Shown here one piece after another: positions 1-6,018 of a stretch of 15,083 nucleotides of DNA. Within the stretch, counting starts at the first letter, position 1. Every line of letters starts with the position of its first letter. The translations under genes and the position numbers were made by a program. The stretch covers positions 1-15,083 of the forward strand of contig JAYEJL010000058.1 in the NCBI GenBank assembly GCA_034660555.1, given 5' to 3'. The stretch is from Thermotogota bacterium (GTDB taxonomy: Bacteria; Thermotogota; Thermotogae; Petrotogales; Kosmotogaceae). The notes under the pieces are model-generated. The model was given only the letters and a program-made list of their open reading frames with translations, had not been told where the DNA came from and did not search any database.

Positions 1-73
1 AATAGGTGAATAGTTGTTTCAATCCTTCCTCGTTTTCTACTAGAAACTGTTGTATAATATTCTTTAGTTTCAT
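1..73 (-). CDS. N-terminus of a probable IS256-family transposase (truncated by window edge)
   Basis: Minus-strand ATG at 73 preceded by SD AAGGAGGG (90-83). Reads MKLKNIIQQFLVENEEGLKQLFTY with no stop before the edge. Resembles, from memory, IS256 transposase N-termini (..EGLKxLxTxFLN..) and lies just inside an IS256-like terminal repeat. Confidence 0.7.
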   Translation of the reverse strand, partial: MKLKNIIQQFLVENEEGLKQLFTY

Positions 74-157
74 GCCCTGTATCCCTCCTTTATATAGGTT
101 TGTCCTATTATAGGATACAGGGCTTTTCTCTTTTTACAGCACTCATTTTACACTGTT
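1..157 (-). mobile_element. Left end of a probable IS256-family insertion sequence
   Basis: Minus strand from ~157 reads AACAGTGTAAAATGAGTGCTGTAAAAAG, similar to IS256-family termini of the ISEf1/IS16 type (recalled as GAGAGTGTAAAATATTTTGTGTAAA). It is followed by a TATAAT (112-107), an 11-bp inverted repeat (74-84/113-123), an SD and the ORF. The exact end is uncertain by a few bases. Confidence 0.65.
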
Positions 158-163
158 TGTTAT

Positions 164-407
164 AAAAAACTGCCAAGAAAACCCCGTATGCTTGCATCGG
201 GGATGAATTGGCAAAATAATTAAAAAGAGCACTTGACAAATTCTAAATATGATAGTAAATACATATATAAACAGGAGGTTTTAATACGTTGGGGCGCAGC
301 GGAATTAACGCTTGTAGAGATGATTCGTTGGAGTCGTCGTCGAAGCAAGAAAAAGAATACCTAGAAAACTAAGCAGAAGCCACGGAGCTTGCCCTGTGGA
401 GTGTCAC
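164..407 (+). mobile_element. Non-autonomous, internally deleted IS200/IS605-family (tnpB-type) element, MITE/PATE-like
   Basis: Left hairpin CCCCG(T)ATGC-TT-GCATCGGGG (182-202) is preceded by AAAA (178-181), with TTAT at 160-163. Right hairpin CCACGGAGC-TT-GCCCTGTGG (380-399) is preceded by GAAG (376-379) and the element ends in TCAC (404-407). Both guide/cleavage tetranucleotide pairs follow the IS608 pairing rule (AAAG/TTAC, GAAT/TCAA), and both hairpins share a GC-TT-GC tip. Confidence 0.85.
283..372 (+). pseudogene. tnpB: Remnant of the extreme 3' end of tnpB
   Basis: Frame reads NTLGRSGINACRDDSLESSSKQEKEYLEN*, typical of the TnpB C-terminal tail (NTxGxxGINACGD...KQE) that overlaps the omega-RNA. 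There is no upstream RuvC or Zn-ribbon coding sequence, and an in-frame TAA sits at 268-270. Confidence 0.7.
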
Positions 408-423
408 AAATAAATGATTAAAT
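283..423 (+). ncRNA. Putative TnpB omega-RNA (reRNA) scaffold plus flank-derived guide (~408-423)
   Basis: CTTG(311-314)/CAAG(346-349) closes a GATGATTC(319-326)/GAGTCGTC(331-338) hairpin, the usual GCTTGTrGAG...GAAGCArGAA scaffold pattern, followed by the right-end hairpin. Boundaries are approximate and expression is not shown. Confidence 0.6.
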
Positions 424-471
424 CATATTATATAACGAAAAATCAGGTTTTATTAGAATTAATGATTTCCT

Positions 472-1248
472 TTAAAAGATGTTGTTGCTGGAAAGTAGTT
501 CTTTTATAACCTTAGGATGTATACCCCAGCCAGCGTTAAGAAATTGATTTTCTTCAACAATTTTGCCCTGTTTTCGTATTTTTGGACTGAACCCTAGAGG
601 AATATGTACTGTTCTGCTTTGAATACCCCAGAGTTTGCCATTTATATCAACTATTGGTCCGCCACTGTGACCAAAAAATCCTGGAGTAGAAGTTTCAATG
701 AAAGCAAGGGTTTTCTTTGAATCTTTAAAGGCTTTTGAGATAACTTTTCTTGTGTAAATGCCTTCAATAGGATAAAGAGATGGAAGTGTTTTAGCATCCA
801 TTACGAAGTTTCCTTTTTGTTCATCAAATCTCGCATTGATGTTGGAAAAGGGGTAACCGATTTTGCAGAGACTAGTACCGATGGACATTTCTTCCTCATT
901 AATGAATTCTGGATAACAATTAATCTCATTTGGAGAAAATGGTACTAGTTTTCCAATAACCAGGTCGCTTTCAGGGTATGCTTTTACTTCTTTTAAAACG
1001 CGACCATCTTTTCCCCACCAGAATGAATGATTTAGTATTCGTCTATCGTATTCTTTATCAGGATTTTCCTTTTGTTCTTTGTACTGAAAGTAAGATTGCC
1101 ACAGATGAGCAACTGTAATTATCCATCCTTCTTCGTTGAGTATTATGAAAGAACCGCAACTTGCATTAACTTTACCATCTGAAAACCTTGTAAGTACAAC
1201 CACAGGATTTGTGAAGTCCTTTGCTATTTCGAAAGCTCTTGCAAACAT
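472..1248 (-). CDS. Trypsin-like serine protease (S1/Trypsin_2), no signal peptide
   Basis: Catalytic motifs ITVAH (His), SDLVIG (Asp) and GHSGGP (Ser), plus [12 protein letters not shown] and GKLWGI; 258 aa. Confidence 0.88.
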   Translation of the reverse strand: MFARAFEIAKDFTNPVVVLTRFSDGKVNASCGSFIILNEEGWIITVAHLWQSYFQYKEQKENPDKEYDRRILNHSFWWGKDGRVLKEVKAYPESDLVIGKLVPFSPNEINCYPEFINEEEMSIGTSLCKIGYPFSNINARFDEQKGNFVMDAKTLPSLYPIEGIYTRKVISKAFKDSKKTLAFIETSTPGFFGHSGGPIVDINGKLWGIQSRTVHIPLGFSPKIRKQGKIVEENQFLNAGWGIHPKVIKELLSSNNIF

Positions 1249-1380
1249 ATTTTCACATCCTTTTCTATCTATAACTTTAATACTAACACAATTTGATAAT
1301 TACAAAAGCCCTGAATTTTTATCTACTGTCAGAAATAGTGTACTATAATAATGAGAAAACATTTTAGGGAGGTAAAGCTG

Positions 1381-2238
1381 ATGAGTTTAACAACTAATGT
1401 GGACAGGGTGATTAAGATTTCCGTTATGGGAGAAATTGCTCATCCTATAACAAGCTCTCCATTTAGACTTGATGCAGAGGGAAAACCTCATTTAACTCCA
1501 GGAACAGGTGGAATTACATACAACTTTGCTCTGGGAGACAATGCTTTTGAAGTAGCAGGTGACCACATAGAACCGGATGTTTCAACGAAGAATTTTGATA
1601 AAGAAAAAGGGAATGCCTATATGACATATTCCTGCATAGGGAATGAAGCCTTTGTGATCACAGGAGACGCAAAGGATGAGAAAGGACGTGTTATAGGAAA
1701 GCATGGGGGCATAAATCACGTTCTTGTATATTTTCCTAGAGATGTTAAGGAGAAACTTGCAATCGGAGATAAGATACAGATAAAGGCGTGGGGTCAAGGT
1801 CTTAAGCTTGAAGATTACCCAAACGTTAAAATCTTTAATATAGATCCTGAGGTTCTTGAAAAGCTTTCTTTGACTGAAAAAGAGAGCAAAATTCATTTTC
1901 CCGTAGTCACGAAAATCCCGGGATATCTTATGGGCTCGGGAGTTGGTTCAAGAAATCCAGGAGGCACAGATTACGACATAATCACCCATGATCAAAAGCT
2001 TATGGAAAGATTGGGCCTAACAAAATTGAAAATAGGTGATTTTGTAGCTATAGAGAACCATAACAATAGCTTTGGTGTAGGCGGTTATAAAGAGAACGCA
2101 ATCTCAATTGGGGTCGTTGTACATTCGAATTGTTACAGTACCGGTCATGGTCCCGGGGTAGTTGTCATAATGACTTCGCCTGAACCGGTAATTATTCCAG
2201 AAATAAAAGAAGAAGTAAATTTGAAAAATTTCTTTTAA
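1381..2238 (+). CDS. DUF4438 family protein (Thermotoga TM1086-like)
   Basis: Motifs PGTGGITYN, GDHIEPDVS, SCIGNEA, GKHGGINHV, MGSGVG, DYDI and GHGPGV. Start moved to ATG 1381 because of SD GGGAGGT (1367-1373); TATAAT at 1344-1349. Confidence 0.85.
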   Translation: MSLTTNVDRVIKISVMGEIAHPITSSPFRLDAEGKPHLTPGTGGITYNFALGDNAFEVAGDHIEPDVSTKNFDKEKGNAYMTYSCIGNEAFVITGDAKDEKGRVIGKHGGINHVLVYFPRDVKEKLAIGDKIQIKAWGQGLKLEDYPNVKIFNIDPEVLEKLSLTEKESKIHFPVVTKIPGYLMGSGVGSRNPGGTDYDIITHDQKLMERLGLTKLKIGDFVAIENHNNSFGVGGYKENAISIGVVVHSNCYSTGHGPGVVVIMTSPEPVIIPEIKEEVNLKNFF

Positions 2239-2258
2239 CCCGGGACTAAACTAAAGTG

Positions 2259-2903
2259 CTAAACAATTTCATTAAGATAATCATTTATATCATTGAGACT
2301 ATCAAATTGCTTATCAGCCTGTGAAATATCCATATTTCTGTTATGCTCTGTTTTTAAGGCTAATACGCTCATACCAGCTTTTTTTGCACTTTCTATTCCT
2401 ACAGGAGAGTCTTCGATGACAATACAATTATCAGGATCTATTCCAAGTTTTCTGGAAGTGAGTAAATATATTTCCGGTTCCGGTTTGGAATGTTTTACTT
2501 TGTCACCACCTGTAATGGCTGAAAAAGTATCTTTGATTTCGAACCTCTCTAGTATTTTTTCAACCACTTTTTCCTCTGTTGAAGATGCCACTGCTAATAA
2601 AACTCTATCCTTTAAAGTGTTTATCAGATCAAATAATCCAGGATTGGGTTTTAGTAATTTCTTTGATAATCTGAGATATTCATTTGTGTATTCTTTTCCA
2701 ATTTTTTCGGGTTCAATATCAATACCGGTCATTTCCACAATTATTTTTTGTGCTTCATCCATGCTTCTTCCCATCTGGGCTTTAAATAAATCTTCATTTG
2801 CTTCTTTTCCATATTTTTTGAGTACATTCTGGCATGCCTTTTTGTAAATCCACTCTGAATCTATCATTACTCCGTCCATATCAAAAATAACCGCTCTTTT
2901 CAT
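2259..2903 (-). CDS. HAD-superfamily phosphatase, subfamily IA (beta-phosphoglucomutase-like)
   Basis: Motif I FDMDGV, motif II ASS, motif III KPEPEIY and motif IV EDSPVG. ATGA overlap with the upstream regulator at 2900-2903. Confidence 0.92.
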   Translation of the reverse strand: MKRAVIFDMDGVMIDSEWIYKKACQNVLKKYGKEANEDLFKAQMGRSMDEAQKIIVEMTGIDIEPEKIGKEYTNEYLRLSKKLLKPNPGLFDLINTLKDRVLLAVASSTEEKVVEKILERFEIKDTFSAITGGDKVKHSKPEPEIYLLTSRKLGIDPDNCIVIEDSPVGIESAKKAGMSVLALKTEHNRNMDISQADKQFDSLNDINDYLNEIV

Positions 2904-3967
2904 TTAGAATCACCTAATTTCAGTAGTTTTCTCAAATCGCCAAGTACTCTTTTGAATGTATCTTTTCTTACGTGCGCAACATTGTTGAATACATCGATAT
3001 CTATCAATGAAGCCTTGAATAAAAGGCTTGTATGATAAGAAATAGTTGATTTGCTTAATCTGGTGTGCTTAACAAGTTCTTTTTGTGTGGAAGGTTTATT
3101 TGATATATATCTTAATATTTCAAAACGTGTTTTATCTCCAATTACCTTTATAAGTTTTTGCATCCTTTCTTCAGTGGGAATTCTTTTTGCAAAGTCCTGG
3201 GTGATTTCTTCAATTCCAAGAATCAGCAGATGAAAAGAAGGATAACTCATTAAACCAGAATTTGTTCTTGATACAGAGTTTTGTAGTGCAACATAAAGAG
3301 GTTTAGAAGAATCTGGAGATAGTCCATAATAGTCAAAGTAATTGGTTATAGATTCAGTAACCCTCTCTCTGGTAGTTTTTTCCATGAATTTCTTTACACT
3401 GGAGAGATTACGATTTCTTAATTCTGATTCTTCATATAACTTAAGCAATCTTTCAGTGTTTGCATCGAGAAAGTCTCGGGCAGTGTCCGGGAAAAATAGT
3501 AACTGATTGATAAACCATCTTGAATTGTTGCTTATTCCCGAGATTTCATTTACTTTATCTCTTACTTTATTTGAATCGTTTTCTAAAAGATTGGTTAGTT
3601 CCTCGAAGGTAGCGTTGAGTCTTCTAACAGCAAGAACTTTTATAAAACGTTCTCTGATTTTTTCAAAATGCTCCTTTGAGGGACAAAGTGTGTCTTCTAT
3701 GGTAACAATCGACCTATCAGTCATTTTGATTTTCACAGGAAATAGTATAGGAGCTATAACACCAAGTTCATTCATAAATGTTGTATAAATCCTTGTAGAC
3801 CAATCCATGTTTTCGTTCAATAATGCCTTGAATTTCGTAAGCTCCTTTGAAGGTTTGAAATCAACCCCGAGTACTTTTAATGCTTTCTCTACAGATGAAG
3901 TGTTATATACATAATATATAGCCATTGTAAGGTCATATATTTCGAAGTAACCATATATAATGTTCAT
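2900..3967 (-). CDS. Long ArsR/SmtB-type transcriptional regulator (large N-terminal domain, C-terminal wHTH), paralog 2
   Basis: C-terminal IGDKTRFEILRYI...QKELVKHTRLSKSTISYHTSLLFKASLI. ATGA overlaps on both sides. Confidence 0.85.
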   Translation of the reverse strand: MNIIYGYFEIYDLTMAIYYVYNTSSVEKALKVLGVDFKPSKELTKFKALLNENMDWSTRIYTTFMNELGVIAPILFPVKIKMTDRSIVTIEDTLCPSKEHFEKIRERFIKVLAVRRLNATFEELTNLLENDSNKVRDKVNEISGISNNSRWFINQLLFFPDTARDFLDANTERLLKLYEESELRNRNLSSVKKFMEKTTRERVTESITNYFDYYGLSPDSSKPLYVALQNSVSRTNSGLMSYPSFHLLILGIEEITQDFAKRIPTEERMQKLIKVIGDKTRFEILRYISNKPSTQKELVKHTRLSKSTISYHTSLLFKASLIDIDVFNNVAHVRKDTFKRVLGDLRKLLKLGDSK

Positions 3968-5040
3968 AATTCATCACTATCCTTGATGAACATCTTGTCG
4001 AATGCATTTAAAAATCTTTCCAGTCTTTCTTTTTTCAAAGAATAGAACACCTTTTTATTTTCACGTATTTTATCAACAAGTTCGCATTCAGCGAGTAGTG
4101 AAAGATGATGGGAAATCGTTGATTTTGATACATTACACATACCTGCCAGCTCATCTACATAGTGGTCTTCGTCTGCGAGAATTTGTATTAGCTTAAAACG
4201 TGTTGGATCAGCAAGGATTTTAAGGGTAGTCTTGACGATGTGACCAGAAAAACCCGGTAACATTTTCTCAATTTCTTCAAAGGTATCACCCACGACAAAA
4301 ATCTGCTTATCCTGTTGTTTTAAAAGTGGCATGCCAAAATATGGCAAACTATGCTGAACCACCATATGCAAAGGTAAATTCTTATCCAAAGAAAAATTAT
4401 TTTTATCTACAACGCAAGAAACAATCTCTTCAAGCCTCTTTGAAGATAAAGAATCAAATTTATTCTGGAGAGAATCTGTACATTCTTTTTTCATGCCAGA
4501 TTTATCGAATAATTCATATATTTTAGAAAACGATTCTTTTAGCATTTGTTTTGCAAAGTCAGGAAACATTGCCATTTGCAGCAACAACCATATGGTTGGT
4601 TTTGATAGTTTGCCAGAAGCGTTTTGCAAGAAATCTATGATTCTGGTTTTATTGCTGATAAAGGAGTGTGCACGTTTTCTTGAAAAGCTGAATTTTACCA
4701 TAAGCAAGCTTTCCAATAATCTTTTTGAGAGATTTTCAAAATCGTAATCTATATAATTAATTGTTTCAGAGAGAGATATAATGTCTTTGCGTTTCCAGGT
4801 TTTTTCTGGTGGGAGTAAGATGAGGCTGGATTCACGTATTTCAGAAAGAAAATTTCCTGTGGTTTTAAGGTCCCAGCTGGTATTCTTGTTGTATAGCTGT
4901 GTGAACGTTTCAAGCTTTTTTGGTTTTCTTTGTTTTATCATTAGACTATTTTTATAGTCTTTGAGCTGTTTTTTGAAATTTATATGGACAAAAGATACAC
5001 ATAATTCGATCAATTCCGAACCATAAACCGTAATTTCCAT
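3964..5040 (-). CDS. Long ArsR/SmtB-type transcriptional regulator (large N-terminal domain, C-terminal wHTH), paralog 1
   Basis: C-terminal LADPTRFKLIQIL...YVDELAGMCNVSKSTISHHLSLLAECELV...KKVFYSL. Start moved to ATG 5040 (SD GGGGG at 5051-5047), because the track's TTG 5064 falls at the predicted transcription start. Confidence 0.88.
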   Translation of the reverse strand: MEITVYGSELIELCVSFVHINFKKQLKDYKNSLMIKQRKPKKLETFTQLYNKNTSWDLKTTGNFLSEIRESSLILLPPEKTWKRKDIISLSETINYIDYDFENLSKRLLESLLMVKFSFSRKRAHSFISNKTRIIDFLQNASGKLSKPTIWLLLQMAMFPDFAKQMLKESFSKIYELFDKSGMKKECTDSLQNKFDSLSSKRLEEIVSCVVDKNNFSLDKNLPLHMVVQHSLPYFGMPLLKQQDKQIFVVGDTFEEIEKMLPGFSGHIVKTTLKILADPTRFKLIQILADEDHYVDELAGMCNVSKSTISHHLSLLAECELVDKIRENKKVFYSLKKERLERFLNAFDKMFIKDSDEL

Positions 5041-5051
5041 AATGAGCCCCC

Positions 5052-5230
5052 AGTTCGATTTCAATCAAATTATATCATATTTTGTTTTGTGATTAATTGT
5101 ATTATTTAATGTAGTTGTTTGTAGTAGGGAAATTTAAAAAATATACATAAGAAAAAACCTGAGAAATTAACTCAAAATATGTTCGATCGTTATCGATTCT
5201 TAACATACAAAGTTTGACAAATATCGAACT
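5052..5230. promoter_or_regulatory. Three palindromic operators, consensus AGTTCGA-N6-TCGAACT
   Basis: 5052-5071 AGTTCGA-tttcaa-TCAAATT; 5180-5199 TGTTCGA-tcgtta-TCGATTC; 5211-5230 AGTTTGA-caaata-TCGAACT. A weaker fourth copy lies at 5003-5022 (AATTCGA-tcaatt-CCGAACC). Confidence 0.72.
5069..5077 (-). promoter_or_regulatory. Extended -10 promoter (TG-A-TATAAT) of the ArsR-ArsR-HAD operon
   Basis: Minus strand TGATATAAT at 5077-5069, about 30 nt upstream of ATG 5040. Confidence 0.65.
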
Positions 5231-5242
5231 CAGTGATATTAT
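5214..5242 (+). promoter_or_regulatory. Near-consensus sigma70 promoter
   Basis: TTGACA (5214-5219), 17-bp spacer with TG at 5234-5235, and TATTAT (5237-5242). Confidence 0.8.
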
Positions 5243-5288
5243 TAAAATGAAAAGCAAAAATGAATCTTCCATAAAGGAGGAATGAAAA

Positions 5289-5390
5289 ATGAAAAAAAGA
5301 ATAGTAATAAGAAATGGAAAAGATATTTCAGAAGAAATTGAACAGGTAAAGATCTCAATGTTGATGAAAGGAAATTTATTCATACTTTAA
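5289..5390 (+). CDS. Small protein, 33 aa, unknown function (MKKRIVIRNGKDISEEIEQVKISMLMKGNLFIL)
   Basis: Perfect SD AAGGAGG ending at 5280, 8 nt before ATG 5289. Lies between a strong promoter and a terminator. Too short for the ORF track. Confidence 0.65.
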   Translation: MKKRIVIRNGKDISEEIEQVKISMLMKGNLFIL

Positions 5391-5447
5391 CACCCGCACC
5401 CCCCCTTTGGAGAAGCTAAGAGCAATAACCCCCCAAGTACGTTTAAT

Positions 5448-5472
5448 AGGTCCTGAAAAGGACCTTTTTTTT
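5448..5472 (+). terminator. Rho-independent terminator
   Basis: AGGTCCT-GAAA-AGGACCT followed by a T run (5466-5472). Confidence 0.85.
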
Positions 5473-5520
5473 ATTAGTTTGAGTACGTGTATAATTTTTA
5501 TTATAAAAGGGGGTATTCAT

Positions 5521-5964
5521 TTGAAACACATAAAAAAGATTGAACTGCTTCTTTTAATAATGACCGTATTGCTTGCTATAATATGTGGTGTGCTTGTCTA
5601 TGAATTTGTTTTTAAATCTTATCTAACTTCTTCCAATAGCCAGACAGAAGTTCAAACGACCAATATTGAAACCACTGAACTTGTTTATAGAGAGCTTTCA
5701 CAAATTATCTTTGCAATAAGGGGCTATTATTATTTAAGAAAAGAACTCCCTGAAGGATTTCAACAAATAGATGTAAACACAACTTATAATTATCAATATA
5801 CTTTTGAGGAACTGGAAGATGCTTTTCGAATTGAATTGAGAGGTAATATTGCAATATCTAAAGAAGAGAGCTTAATGAAAGAAAATGGCCTTGATGGAGA
5901 GCTATACACTACATATGAAAATTTTCTATATACCACAATTATTGATAAAGTATTTGAGGATTAA
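5521..5964 (+). CDS. Single-pass membrane protein, possibly pilin/pseudopilin-like
   Basis: Start moved to TTG 5521 (SD AAAGGGGGT at 5506-5514; TATAAT at 5490-5495), because the track start 5407 lies upstream of the terminator. N-terminal hydrophobic helix IELLLLIMTVLLAIICGVLVY, then a pilin-like ELSQIIFAIRGYYYLRKELP segment. Confidence 0.6.
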   Translation: MKHIKKIELLLLIMTVLLAIICGVLVYEFVFKSYLTSSNSQTEVQTTNIETTELVYRELSQIIFAIRGYYYLRKELPEGFQQIDVNTTYNYQYTFEELEDAFRIELRGNIAISKEESLMKENGLDGELYTTYENFLYTTIIDKVFED

Positions 5965-6018
5965 AGATATGTTTATTAAGAAGAACTTATAATGTTTTTA
6001 CTTTCGGAGGAATAACTC

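Noticed and set aside
289..372. 27-codon TTG-initiated ORF after the SD at 273-278
   Set aside because: It is the leftover tnpB tail placed behind the old RBS by the deletion; nothing supports a functional peptide.
1136..4747. Opposite-strand ORFs 1136-1348, 1582-1896, 2293-2847, 3051-3233, 3507-3788, 4002-4196, 4326-4526 and 4493-4747
   Set aside because: Antisense shadows of well-supported genes, with no recognisable motifs.
5282..5341. Alternative 19-aa ORF MKNEKKNSNKKWKRYFRRN
   Set aside because: Its ATG is only 1 nt from the SD, whereas ATG 5289 has optimal spacing.
5102..5383. 93-aa hydrophobic minus-strand ORF
   Set aside because: F/I/S-rich mirror of the A-rich plus strand; it runs antisense across a promoter, operators and a better-supported small ORF.
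5407..5520. Track's N-terminal extension of the membrane protein
   Set aside because: It crosses an intrinsic terminator, and TTG 5521 has its own SD.
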